The notes under the pieces are model-generated. The model saw only the letters and a program-made list of their open reading frames with translations, was not told where the DNA came from and did no database searches. From contig JAACVK010000022.1 of NCBI GenBank assembly GCA_009991595.1, forward strand, positions 14,965 to 78,964: a stretch of DNA of 64,000 nt, written 5' to 3'. This DNA is from a bacterium (GTDB taxonomy: Bacteria > Bdellovibrionota > UBA2428). Position numbers and translations under genes: made by a program. Below are positions 1-9,559 of the stretch, in pieces (the first letter of the stretch is position 1; each line of letters opens with the position of its first letter).

Positions 1-2
1 GC

Positions 3-344
3 GACCTTAAGGACTTAGGCAAAGCTCTAGACCTGACCCGCCTTCAGTATTTTAAAAACATCTTCCTCCCTGCTATTGCCCCTGCCCTTGTGACTGGCTC
101 TATTACCGCCGTAGGTGGTGGCTGGAACGCCTTAATCATTGCCGAATACATTAAAATTGGAGACAAGCTCTACAAAGTCTTTGGAATTGGTGCCATCATC
201 TCGGAATCGACCTTTGAGTCAGGCGACCGGAATTTAGTTGCCTACGCCCTCTTTTTTATGGTGTTTGTGATAGTGACCATCAACAAACTGTTTTGGCAGC
301 CACTCTACAGCTGGGCTGAAAAAAAGTTTAGAATGGACGATTAA
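3..344 (+). CDS. ABC transporter permease, NitT/TauT (nitrate/sulfonate/bicarbonate) family, 5'-truncated by window edge
   Basis: Frame open from base 3 ([49 protein letters not shown]...), the typical permease C-terminal half; directly upstream of an ABC ATPase. Confidence 0.85.
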   Translation, partial: DLKDLGKALDLTRLQYFKNIFLPAIAPALVTGSITAVGGGWNALIIAEYIKIGDKLYKVFGIGAIISESTFESGDRNLVAYALFFMVFVIVTINKLFWQPLYSWAEKKFRMDD

Positions 345-357
345 GAAAGGAGCCCAC

Positions 358-1119
358 ATGAACGAATTCGAAAAAATACTAAGCGTCGAAAATGTTGGGC
401 GCTCTTTTAAAACAAAGGCCGGAAACTTTATTGCCTTAGAGAACATCAATCTAGATTTTTTCGAAGAAGAATTCGTAGCCATTGTTGGCCCTTCTGGCTG
501 CGGGAAAAGCACTTTATTAAAGATCATCAATGGAATGCTTAAACCCAGCACGGGGAAAACCTCCTTTAGAGGGAAAGCCTTAGGTGGAATAAACCTAGAA
601 TGTTCAATGGTTTACCAGAATTTCGGCCTGCTCCCGTGGCTAAGCGTTCTTGAGAATATTGAGCTAGGGCTACTCAGCCGCGAGCTTTCAAACGCTCAGG
701 CTCAAAAGAAGGCCGCTCATTACATTGATAAAGTCGGTTTAGATGGCCATGAAGAAGCCTATCCTCGCGAATTATCAGGGGGAATGAAGCAGCGAGTGGG
801 CTTTGCTCGAGCCTTGGCCATTGAACCCGAAATTCTTCTGATGGACGAGCCCTTTAGCTCGCTGGATCCATTAACAGCCATAAACCTAAGGGAAGAAATA
901 CTGGACATCTGGGAAGATCCTAATCTACGAATAACAACAGTGATTATGATAACTCACCAGATCGAAGAAGCCGTGGAAATGGCAGACCGCGTGATTGTAA
1001 TGGACGGAAGTCCTGGCCACGTCGTCAAGGAAGTAAAGATTCCCCTAGAGCGGCCGCGCAACCGTAAGAGCAAAGAATTCGATCACTATGTAGGAGAAAT
1101 ATTCGAGCTAATCACTTGA
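358..1119 (+). CDS. ABC transporter ATP-binding protein, NitT/TauT family
   Basis: Walker [10 protein letters not shown], signature LSGGMKQR, Walker [13 protein letters not shown]-loop ITH; SD AAGGAG upstream. Confidence 0.95.
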   Translation: MNEFEKILSVENVGRSFKTKAGNFIALENINLDFFEEEFVAIVGPSGCGKSTLLKIINGMLKPSTGKTSFRGKALGGINLECSMVYQNFGLLPWLSVLENIELGLLSRELSNAQAQKKAAHYIDKVGLDGHEEAYPRELSGGMKQRVGFARALAIEPEILLMDEPFSSLDPLTAINLREEILDIWEDPNLRITTVIMITHQIEEAVEMADRVIVMDGSPGHVVKEVKIPLERPRNRKSKEFDHYVGEIFELIT

Positions 1120-1131
1120 AACACTAAGAAA

Positions 1132-1635
1132 ATGGACCACGACAGTAGTAGCAATAAAGAAATACAATCCCTTCCAGCCGCTGGAATATCTGAAACCCTA
1201 GGCCTCTTAGAAGTCATCGATGACCATGGTGGCGAAGAGAAATCTTACAGCCTAGCCTCTGAGCTCAACATCGAAACCGATTCTTTGCTGACGACTATTA
1301 AAGCAGCAGAAATGTTCGGCTTTATCGACACCCCAGGCCGAGACGTCATCTTGACTCCCATTGGCAAGCAAATGATTGAAACCGAGATGAACACCAAAAA
1401 GCAGCTTCTCTTAGAGCAGCTTAGAAAAATAGAACTGTTTGCAAAAGTAAAAGAAGCTTTAGAATCTCAAGAAGAAGAGAGACTTAGTCGTGATGACCTA
1501 CTTAAAATGATTCAAAGCTGGCTCCCCAACGAGAAAGCCGAAGACCAGTTTGAAACGCTCATCAACTGGGGTCGCTGGGGCGAATTCCTCGGCTACAGCC
1601 AAGACGACGACTACGTCTACCTAGACCAAGGTTAA
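1132..1635 (+). CDS. Stand-alone AAA-associated (AAA_assoc_C-like) domain protein of the NitT/TauT ABC system
   Basis: AAEMFGF...LTPIG...QFETLINWGRWGEFLGY matches the domain usually fused C-terminal to NitT/TauT ATPases; follows the ATPase gene. Confidence 0.75.
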   Translation: MDHDSSSNKEIQSLPAAGISETLGLLEVIDDHGGEEKSYSLASELNIETDSLLTTIKAAEMFGFIDTPGRDVILTPIGKQMIETEMNTKKQLLLEQLRKIELFAKVKEALESQEEERLSRDDLLKMIQSWLPNEKAEDQFETLINWGRWGEFLGYSQDDDYVYLDQG

Positions 1636-1684
1636 AGGCGTCTAACACAACGCGCCCCTAAACGTTCCCTAGATCGTTTTTGCC

Positions 1685-1714
1685 TTGGCAGAAGAGAAGA
1701 GACTTTTCTACAAT
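1685..1714 (+). promoter_or_regulatory. Putative sigma70 promoter of thyA (leaderless geometry)
   Basis: TTGGCA-N18-TACAAT ending 7 nt before the ATG at 1722. Confidence 0.5.
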
Positions 1715-1721
1715 TTAGAGC

Positions 1722-2516
1722 ATGCAGGCTTATCACGATTTACTTCTTAGAATCTTAGACGAGGGCACTGAAAAGCAAGATCGCACTGGCACCGGAACCC
1801 TAAGCATCTTTGGCCATCAAATGCGCTTTGACCTCTCTCAAGGATTTCCAGCTGTAACTACAAAGAAGCTCCACTTTCGCTCCATTATTCACGAGCTACT
1901 TTGGTTTTTAAAAGGCGACACCAACATTAAATACCTCCACGACAACCGCGTCACCATTTGGGACGAATGGGCCGACAACAAAGGCAATCTTGGACCTGTT
2001 TATGGCTATCAGTGGCGCAATTGGCCGGGAGCCGACGGAAAGCACTACGACCAAATCGCCCAAGTCGTAGATCAAATTAAAAACAATCCCGATTCTAGAA
2101 GACACATCGTGTGCGCCTGGAATGTAGCTCAAGTTGAAAAAATGGCTCTGCCTCCTTGCCACACCTTGTTTCAATTTTATGTGGCTGAAGGAAAACTCTC
2201 TTGCCAACTGTATCAACGAAGTGCCGACGTGTTTTTAGGCGTGCCTTTTAACATTGTTAGCTATTCACTTCTAACTATGATGATCGCTCAGGTTTGTAAC
2301 CTTGAACCCGGTGATTTCGTTCATACGTTTGGAGACGCTCATCTTTACAAAAACCACCTAGAGCAAACAAAGCTTCAACTTTCACGTAAACCAGGCCCCC
2401 TACCTACAATGAAGATCAACGCTAATGTGAAAGACATCTTTGAATTTAAGTATGAAGACTTTGAATTGATCGATTACGAACCACACCCGGGGATAAAAGC
2501 CCCTATTGCTGTTTAA
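1722..2516 (+). CDS. thyA: Thymidylate synthase
   Basis: DRTGTG, MALPPCH catalytic motif, [15 protein letters not shown]; 264 aa. Confidence 0.99.
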   Translation: MQAYHDLLLRILDEGTEKQDRTGTGTLSIFGHQMRFDLSQGFPAVTTKKLHFRSIIHELLWFLKGDTNIKYLHDNRVTIWDEWADNKGNLGPVYGYQWRNWPGADGKHYDQIAQVVDQIKNNPDSRRHIVCAWNVAQVEKMALPPCHTLFQFYVAEGKLSCQLYQRSADVFLGVPFNIVSYSLLTMMIAQVCNLEPGDFVHTFGDAHLYKNHLEQTKLQLSRKPGPLPTMKINANVKDIFEFKYEDFELIDYEPHPGIKAPIAV

Positions 2517-2530
2517 AGGAGATTTTTAAA

Positions 2531-3013
2531 ATGAGAGTTCATATACTAATTGCCCTCACAACTGAAAAATGGGTAATGGGTAAAAACAACTCTCTTCCCT
2601 GGCATCTTCCCGAAGATTTAAAACGTTTTAAAAGGCTCACAATGGGCCATCCCATTATTATGGGACGAAAAACTTATGACTCCATTGGAAAGCCGCTCCC
2701 TGGGCGAGACAACATTGTTCTCACTCGAGACAAAAACTTAAAAATTGATGGATGCACAACATGCACAAGCATCGCAAAAGCCTTTGAACGATGCGAATAC
2801 AGGAAAGCAGAAAAAGCTTTCATCATCGGCGGCGCCCAAATCTTAAAAGAAGCTCTGCCCTTGGCCGACGAACTCAATATCACCTGGATTGACAAAGACT
2901 TTGATGGCGATGTCTTTTTTCCAAAATGGAATTTCGACAAATACAAAAAAAGCTCAGAGCAAATTTGCTCTGAGCCCTTTGATCATCGTTACGTAGATTA
3001 CGTTAGAGTTTAA
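2531..3013 (+). CDS. folA: Dihydrofolate reductase
   Basis: LPWHLPEDLKRFK, IMGRKT, LPGRDNIV, IIGG, GDVFFP; follows thyA. Confidence 0.97.
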   Translation: MRVHILIALTTEKWVMGKNNSLPWHLPEDLKRFKRLTMGHPIIMGRKTYDSIGKPLPGRDNIVLTRDKNLKIDGCTTCTSIAKAFERCEYRKAEKAFIIGGAQILKEALPLADELNITWIDKDFDGDVFFPKWNFDKYKKSSEQICSEPFDHRYVDYVRV

Positions 3014-4491
3014 GCCGCCTGCCTTAAACATCTAATCATATCGCTTGCCTCTTCAGCAGAAAAGCCCGCACGCCTCAAAGTATGAGACATTGCCAAATCC
3101 ACCGCAGCAACATCGTCACCGGCTTGCTCTATGGCATTAGCTAAATCTTTTCTTTGAACCTTCAAATCATCTAAACGCTTTTGCGCAGACTCAAGCGGTT
3201 GCCCGCCTTGTGCTTTAAATTTTTCAATCTGAGAAGTAAGAACGGCAATTTCGTCTTCGACGCCTTTATGTAAACTATTTAAAACATCTCGAGCCTTCTT
3301 AGGATCAGCTGTCCTGCTTAAAAGTGAGGTTACACCTTCAAGGGCTTCGTCATCAAAATTAGATAATCTTTTAAGAAGAGCAGAGGGATTCGACCCCAAT
3401 GATCCAGGATGAGCTGCATCAATTTTTCTCATGCTAGTATAGGCCTCAATCAACTTTTCACGACTTGCAGGGTTTTCTAATAGAGGATTATTCGACGCCA
3501 ACCCTCTCAACGAACTATTTTCTTTTCCTACTGCCTTAATGAAATCATCTGCCTCTTCGGCAGAAAGACGACCCGTCTTCATCATATTTTCAATCGACTC
3601 AACCATAGCAGGGCCATGTTTTGCGCCTAGCGCATCGGCCGAATTGAAAGCTCTGCTTGCAACAGGAGCTACGTCAGAAAGTGCTCGAACAGAATTTGCC
3701 GAACTTGCATCTGCAACAGCCTCAAGTGGAGTCCCTCTTTGTAATCTATTCCTAAACAAAGAAGACAAAAGAAAATCTACTTGGCTATCTCCACTCTCAG
3801 GTGGCAGCCTCATGTTACCAGATCCTATGCGGTCCCAATGAGCCGACCAACCAATCACCTGTGATTGCTGCTCTGGAGAAAGTGAATCAAACACTTTCTG
3901 CGCACTGACTGAAGAGTCTTTCACTTTCACATCTCCAAGATTCTTAATTTGGGTGAGCAAGCCAGTTTTCTCTGCATCGGTCACAGCTACCGCTAACTCT
4001 CTTTGAATTTTTGGAAGACTGCTAGCCAAGGCTCTATCAGCATCAGCCTTTGACGTTCGTGACAATGCAGTGAGATAATCACCCAAAACTTGAACGGCAG
4101 CAGGATGGTCTGGTGCTACTTTCAGTTTGCTAGAGATTCGGTTACTAATTAATCTAAACATTTGAGGATCGATGAAATCGGCAAACTTATCTGAGCTAAG
4201 AAAAGCGGCAGGCAAATCTGCAACAATTTGTCTTGGAGAATTTCGAACCATTGAATTCAAGGCAGAAACAACTTCATCATTAGTTTTTAAAGCACGCGCA
4301 GCAGCCTCACCGGCTTTTTCTGTTTTTTTAACAGCTTTAAGGAGAGAGCGTGAGTGAATGCCATCTAATCTTCTAGCAACCCCTTCAAGTAATTCCGTAG
4401 TTTGCCGTGTTTGAGAAAAGCTTGCAGCGGACAAAAAAACTGAAGTTACAGCTATAAAATTTCTAAAGTTAATCAAAGATGTGCTTTCCAT
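3010..4491 (-). CDS. Secreted helical hypothetical protein (493 aa)
   Basis: Long ORF, SD GGGAGAGGGG, signal-peptide-like N-terminus (FIAVTSVFLSAASFS|Q), Ala/Leu/Ser-rich; no recognised domain. Confidence 0.75.
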   Translation of the reverse strand: MESTSLINFRNFIAVTSVFLSAASFSQTRQTTELLEGVARRLDGIHSRSLLKAVKKTEKAGEAAARALKTNDEVVSALNSMVRNSPRQIVADLPAAFLSSDKFADFIDPQMFRLISNRISSKLKVAPDHPAAVQVLGDYLTALSRTSKADADRALASSLPKIQRELAVAVTDAEKTGLLTQIKNLGDVKVKDSSVSAQKVFDSLSPEQQSQVIGWSAHWDRIGSGNMRLPPESGDSQVDFLLSSLFRNRLQRGTPLEAVADASSANSVRALSDVAPVASRAFNSADALGAKHGPAMVESIENMMKTGRLSAEEADDFIKAVGKENSSLRGLASNNPLLENPASREKLIEAYTSMRKIDAAHPGSLGSNPSALLKRLSNFDDEALEGVTSLLSRTADPKKARDVLNSLHKGVEDEIAVLTSQIEKFKAQGGQPLESAQKRLDDLKVQRKDLANAIEQAGDDVAAVDLAMSHTLRRAGFSAEEASDMIRCLRQAA

Positions 4492-4544
4492 TTAAAGCAT
4501 CCCCTCTCCCTCAACGCTAAGCGTTATTAATTCATTATAAGCCT

Positions 4545-4573
4545 TTATCGGCAAAAACAAAGGAAATAATGAG
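4545..4573 (-). promoter_or_regulatory. Putative sigma28 (FliA) promoter of the 493-aa secreted protein gene
   Basis: Minus strand CTCATT-N15-GCCGATAA; perfect FliA -10 element, same CTCA-N17-GCCGATAA layout as before motA. Confidence 0.55.
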
Positions 4574-4598
4574 CCCTGTTTGACGCAATTTCAGCTAT

Positions 4599-7500
4599 TT
4601 ATGGATAAACCTGAGAAAAGTAATTTCGAGCCAAACCGTCGCGCACCTGTTCTGAGAAGTCCTGCATATAAAGGTTTATGGCCCTAGCGCTTAATGTGTT
4701 GGGGCTTTGTTGGGTTGCTAAAAAATCACTTAAATAGCCAATTCTACTTTGTAAATCCTGAATTTCACTCTCAGCCGTAACTTTTCCCGATTGTTTTAAC
4801 AGCTGCATCTGAGACAGTAGTCGTGACAAATACTTTTGAGCAGCCTCATGACTGGTTGTCATCTCGTTCACTGTATCTCGAATCTTCTGAAGCCGAGCAA
4901 ACTTACCGTTCAAGGCAAGCTCTCCAACGGCTGTGTTAAACCCCTCATTGGGTTTGACTGCTTTTCTTAACTCTGGGGAACTAGCTCGTTCACTGAAACC
5001 CTTGCCTTTTTTCAACTCTCTAACTGAATCTAAAGTCTTACTCCAGTCGCCTAATGTTTTGATTCGATCGTGTTGAGAAGTCATTTTCCCATATCGACTC
5101 GACCCCTTCATGATTAAGGCAGGGTTCTCTTTTGCAAAAACCATCAACTGCCCAATCAACTCATTGTCCATACTCTTGCCTGTGTGCTCAACCATTTTCA
5201 CCACATCATCTACAAATTCTTTTGCTCCAGCCTGTAACAAATCTTCTATCTCATCCGAGTTTTTTCCAGTCTTTGCAATGATTTCTCGAACGGCCGTAGA
5301 CCCTCGCCAAGAGTTACGTAAGTTTTTTACCTGCCAAAGGCGCGCCTCTTCCGCTATTTGTTTAACGTATTCAGTAGGGTTTTCTTTCGCGAAAATCTTC
5401 ATATCCCCACCTGCGTCTCTCACGCTTCTTGCAAATGAACCTCTTCCACGAACAGCATCCCCCAGCTCATTCAACACAGGTTTAGCGGTAGCTGCCATCA
5501 CCAACCCCATACCTACATTCACAGAACAAGACAAATAGGACCCCTCTATTACAGATAGCTGATGAACCCACTCGGCCTCACACATGTTCTCTGGTTTGCC
5601 ATCGGCCCCAATCTCCATGCCTTCGGTTTGAGCATTAAGTTTCTCAATACACTCGGGAGCTCCCTGAGTTCCGATGTAGTAACCCGCCCATCCTATATCA
5701 GCGACTTGAGTTGCATAGTATCCAGCCAAAGCACGAGAACGTCCTGCACCAGTTCGAAGACCAGAGGTGATTATGTCCTGACTATAGTTTCCTAATCTCG
5801 TAAGCGACTTTACTTCTGCCGACGCCTTCACCAGGGAACGTAAATTCGCTAGACGCTCAACCTTTGTGCCAGTAGATAGAACTTGCCTTACTTCAGCTGA
5901 TTTTGAAGCCAAAGAAGCACCCCCCTTTGCCAACTGATAAACCAATTTTGCTCCAAGCTTGGTTGCTCCCGCAGCCCCTTTTACCGCTTTAAAGGGCAAC
6001 TTCGCAGTCCATCCAACAAAATTGACCGCCGATCCAAGGAGTCTGGGAAGTGTGGCCACTTTTACCCCAGTAGCAAGAGTTCCCAATCCCATGGTTCCTA
6101 CTGCAATTCCAATATCTATTGCAGTGGTTTTTAAAAGCAAGTCTGCTTCATCGACCGTTCTGCTATAACCTTCACGACAAGTTGTCGCATTGATGAGGTT
6201 AACTGTTTCAAAAGATTTATCGAATTTTTCATCTCCCCAATACTCGGGAGACATTTTGTCCGGCTGGGGATAACCCTCTTTATCTAATTTCACATTTCCA
6301 TGACCATCCAATAACATCGGCTGCTGCCTCTCCAAAAATTGTCTTTGCTCAAATGCAAGCTCGTCAGACTCCGGCGCATGAACCAGAGCCTTCAATATTT
6401 TTTTGCGACACTTTTCTTTATTACTATTTTCTTGAACGCACTCAGCTGCTTCCATGCACTGATTCAACTCTGAAGTTAAAGCCTCTTTACGAACGGCATA
6501 ATCTTCTCGCAAATTCATTTTCAATTTTTGGAGAAAATCTTCTGACTCAAGGTCCTTGGCCTCTGGCGCTAAATGCACATAACCCTTTAGGGTGCTAAAA
6601 TCATGTTGAGTGTAGGTCTGCAGTGGTCCGTTGTAAGTGCCGCGAAACTGAAAGGTTCCGTTCTCTTTCCTCAGTTGTTCGTCAGTATCTCGCCCTTCTC
6701 TGAACAAACTCTTAAATAAATCCGTCTTAGAAGAAAGCGGCAAATCTTTTATGGCTCCCGCCTTAAGAGCATAAGTAGAATCACCCTCCATAGAAAACTC
6801 TGACATTTTCATTTCCAAAAACACAGCTTCTGCATCTTCGCGACTAACACCTTGTTGCATTGCCGCACTAACAAATTCTTTTTGAGCCTCTGGTCCTGTT
6901 ACATTTCTTAAATAGTCTTCTTCTCCATCAATGGCCTGCAGAGCGCCTCGCAAATGCTTTGCGTCTTTAGCAACTAAGTCCACACCTTCAGCTTTGCAGG
7001 CATTATCTGAGACCAAAGAACTCTTCTTTTCAAAAACTCCCGGGAGAACACCACGACGAACGTCAATACCCTCCAAGGGCAGTGCACCGCTATCTTTTAT
7101 TCGACGGTCTAACATGGCAATTCCCTCAACCGCCTTGTTTGCGCAAGACTGCAAGCGAGAAACTGTATAATAGTAATCAACCATCAATAGGCGCTTGCTC
7201 GTTAGCTGCTCAGGAGTGTCCTTCTCACTCTGTTGCCAGTCGGGAAAGCAATCCATTAAAAAACTTTCAGATCCAGGAGAGAAACCCGTTAATTCTTGCA
7301 GGTGCTTTTCAAACTCAGAATTATCCTTAAATCGACTGTTACTGAATTTAGTTTCTTTATCATCATGGCGTCCGACTAAAGCCATACTGCAAGCCTGGTC
7401 GGTTCCAGACAACCAATGCTTAGCCCAACCGGCATCGCCAGGGCGGGCCATGGCAAAACCCTTAGGACAGTGATTTAAAAAACTTCTGCTCTTCTCTCGT

Positions 7501-7670
7501 GCATTAGCTTCAGAAACAGCCTGTCTTTGAGATTCATGCCATTGATGTAGGGCCTGCCCATAACCGGGACCTATTGCCCAGGAGTTCAAGCTTTGTAGTA
7601 AAATTGCATTAATAAAAACAGCAAAGAAGAACCTTTTCCTCACGAGCATATTTCGACAGTCCTTCTCCAT
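4599..7670 (-). CDS. Large secreted Cys-containing hypothetical protein (~1020 aa; start may be ATG 7649)
   Basis: Signal peptide MLVRKRFFFAVFINAILLQSLNSWA, 12 Cys in mature part, central Gly/Ala-rich hydrophobic segments. Confidence 0.8.
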   Translation of the reverse strand: MEKDCRNMLVRKRFFFAVFINAILLQSLNSWAIGPGYGQALHQWHESQRQAVSEANAREKSRSFLNHCPKGFAMARPGDAGWAKHWLSGTDQACSMALVGRHDDKETKFSNSRFKDNSEFEKHLQELTGFSPGSESFLMDCFPDWQQSEKDTPEQLTSKRLLMVDYYYTVSRLQSCANKAVEGIAMLDRRIKDSGALPLEGIDVRRGVLPGVFEKKSSLVSDNACKAEGVDLVAKDAKHLRGALQAIDGEEDYLRNVTGPEAQKEFVSAAMQQGVSREDAEAVFLEMKMSEFSMEGDSTYALKAGAIKDLPLSSKTDLFKSLFREGRDTDEQLRKENGTFQFRGTYNGPLQTYTQHDFSTLKGYVHLAPEAKDLESEDFLQKLKMNLREDYAVRKEALTSELNQCMEAAECVQENSNKEKCRKKILKALVHAPESDELAFEQRQFLERQQPMLLDGHGNVKLDKEGYPQPDKMSPEYWGDEKFDKSFETVNLINATTCREGYSRTVDEADLLLKTTAIDIGIAVGTMGLGTLATGVKVATLPRLLGSAVNFVGWTAKLPFKAVKGAAGATKLGAKLVYQLAKGGASLASKSAEVRQVLSTGTKVERLANLRSLVKASAEVKSLTRLGNYSQDIITSGLRTGAGRSRALAGYYATQVADIGWAGYYIGTQGAPECIEKLNAQTEGMEIGADGKPENMCEAEWVHQLSVIEGSYLSCSVNVGMGLVMAATAKPVLNELGDAVRGRGSFARSVRDAGGDMKIFAKENPTEYVKQIAEEARLWQVKNLRNSWRGSTAVREIIAKTGKNSDEIEDLLQAGAKEFVDDVVKMVEHTGKSMDNELIGQLMVFAKENPALIMKGSSRYGKMTSQHDRIKTLGDWSKTLDSVRELKKGKGFSERASSPELRKAVKPNEGFNTAVGELALNGKFARLQKIRDTVNEMTTSHEAAQKYLSRLLSQMQLLKQSGKVTAESEIQDLQSRIGYLSDFLATQQSPNTLSARAINLYMQDFSEQVRDGLARNYFSQVYP

Positions 7671-7769
7671 AACCTTAACCTTCAGAATATCAGGTCAACA
7701 AATTGACGTTGTTAAAGTTACGTTAAGATTCGGTGAATTCGCCCTATAAGTTACAAATTATCAATAGAT

Positions 7770-7798
7770 CTCAAGCTTGGCAGAAGCTTGGCCGATAA
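7770..7798 (+). promoter_or_regulatory. Putative sigma28 (FliA) promoter of motAB
   Basis: CTCAAG-N15-GCCGATAA, 9 nt upstream of the motA ATG. Confidence 0.7.
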
Positions 7799-7807
7799 AA
7801 CTAACGT

Positions 7808-8680
7808 ATGGGAGCAATTGGTTTAATTCTACTCTTTGTATTCGTTTTCGGCGGATTCGTTCTCGGTGGCGGTGGAAATGCCTTTGGTGTGTTTGCTCAC
7901 CCTGGTGAATATGTAGTTATCATAGGTGCTGCGCTTGCCGCTCTTATTATATCCACTCCAATGAAATACATTGGTGGTGTCTTTAAATACGCTATCAAAG
8001 CTCTCACCATTAAAGATATTGGTAAAGCTGCCTATCTAGAAGGTCTCAAATTAATGTATGAACTTTTTCAAGCACAAAAGAAAGAGGGAGTTCAGGCGAT
8101 TGAGACTCATATTGAAGATCCAGGAAACTCGAAGATCTTTACCAACTACCCAGGCGTTCTCGGCAACCATCACTTAATTGAATTTGTTTGTGACTCCATG
8201 AGGACTTTCATTTCAGGCGGACCATCCCCCTATGACATGGATGACCTTCTCACCGCTGACTTAGAAGTTATGCACGAAGAAGAACATCACATCCCCGCGA
8301 CCATTCAAAGCATGGCAGACGCCCTTCCGGCGATCGGAATTGTGGCCGCGGTTCTTGGGGTAATTGTAACGATGATGAGTATTTCTGCTGGTCCAGAGGT
8401 AGTCGGTGGCAAAGTAGCCGCCGCCCTTGTGGGAACCTTTCTTGGTATCTTTTTGGGTTACGGAATCGTGGGCCCCATTGCAACCCGATTAAACCATTAC
8501 TTCGAATCCGAAGGAAATTATTTTAAAATGTTTAAATCCGGAATTCTCTCTAATTGTAGAGGGCTTCCACCACAAGTTTCTGTTGAATTTGCACGTAGGG
8601 CGATTCCTATTTCAGAACGTCCATCCTTTAAGGAATTAGAAGAAGAATTAAAAGACGTAGGCAACAAGAAGGCGGCTTAA
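7808..8680 (+). CDS. motA: Flagellar motor stator protein MotA
   Basis: 4-TM layout, ADALPAIGIVAAVLG, ALVGTFLGIFLGYG, VEFARR; enteric-type length. Confidence 0.95.
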   Translation: MGAIGLILLFVFVFGGFVLGGGGNAFGVFAHPGEYVVIIGAALAALIISTPMKYIGGVFKYAIKALTIKDIGKAAYLEGLKLMYELFQAQKKEGVQAIETHIEDPGNSKIFTNYPGVLGNHHLIEFVCDSMRTFISGGPSPYDMDDLLTADLEVMHEEEHHIPATIQSMADALPAIGIVAAVLGVIVTMMSISAGPEVVGGKVAAALVGTFLGIFLGYGIVGPIATRLNHYFESEGNYFKMFKSGILSNCRGLPPQVSVEFARRAIPISERPSFKELEEELKDVGNKKAA

Positions 8681-8683
8681 CTT

Positions 8684-9490
8684 ATGGCTGAAGAAGGAAG
8701 CGACGATCAATCAATCGTCATTAAGAAGATCAAAAAAGCTGGACACGGTCACCATGGTGGCGCGTGGAAAGTTGCCTATGCTGACTTTGTAACAGCGATG
8801 ATGGCCTTCTTTCTAGTAATGTGGATCGTTGGTATGAGCGATGCCGACAAGAAGAAAGTTGAAGAATACTTTAACGACCCTTTAAAATATAAGTTTGGTG
8901 CGGAAAAAATCTTTCAAGGTCTTTTCTCTGGGCAAGCTGGCGAACAATTCATGAATCAAGAAAAAAAGGGTGGCGTTGTAGATTCCATCAAACAAGGTGG
9001 AGTCTCTCGCGTTCACCTTTTAGCCCAGGACATAGAAAGTTGGATGACTCCATTCGAGAGCGACATTCTAGACTTCAAAGTCACTCCAGACAGAATTCAA
9101 TTTGCCCTCACTGCGGAAAGCATGTTCTCACCAGGATCAGTCTTATTAAAACCTGAGGCAGAACCCTTGTTGCGACGCATGGCCGAGGTGCTTAAACCTC
9201 TAGATGCTCATTTCATGATCGAAGCTCATACGGACGACTTGCCAGTCGACAACCCCTCCTACCCGACCAATTGGGAGCTATCAGCAATAAGATCCGCAAC
9301 CGTGGTTCGATATTTTATTGATGCCCACTATTTCGACCCCGCTAAGCTTACGGCCATGTCTGCTGGAGAAACCAAGCCCGTAGCTGATAACAGGACGCCA
9401 GCCGGACGAGCCCGCAATCGCCGCATTGATATCTACATCATCCCCCAAGGCAAGACCCATTCAAAAATACGAAGTGCATTAAGTCACTAA
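8684..9490 (+). CDS. motB: Flagellar motor stator protein MotB
   Basis: GAWKVAYADFVTAMMAFFLVMW with the proton-binding Asp; OmpA-like C-terminus (HTD, NWELS, RNRRIDI). Confidence 0.95.
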   Translation: MAEEGSDDQSIVIKKIKKAGHGHHGGAWKVAYADFVTAMMAFFLVMWIVGMSDADKKKVEEYFNDPLKYKFGAEKIFQGLFSGQAGEQFMNQEKKGGVVDSIKQGGVSRVHLLAQDIESWMTPFESDILDFKVTPDRIQFALTAESMFSPGSVLLKPEAEPLLRRMAEVLKPLDAHFMIEAHTDDLPVDNPSYPTNWELSAIRSATVVRYFIDAHYFDPAKLTAMSAGETKPVADNRTPAGRARNRRIDIYIIPQGKTHSKIRSALSH

Positions 9491-9559
9491 TTATTCATGT
9501 TTCAACTTCCTGAACTTGATTCTAGGCACTGGCCTGGATGATTTTTTTCAATTAGACCA

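Noticed and set aside
1636-1721. Integron attC-like sites (GTCTAAC here, CCTAAC at ~12961)
   Set aside because: No matching GTTRRRY partner at attC spacing, no integron integrase, and housekeeping neighbours.
7808-9490. Isolated motAB pair as a Zorya-like defence module
   Set aside because: Canonical flagellar MotA/MotB lengths and motifs, no long ZorA tail, no nuclease/helicase partners, and a FliA-type promoter.
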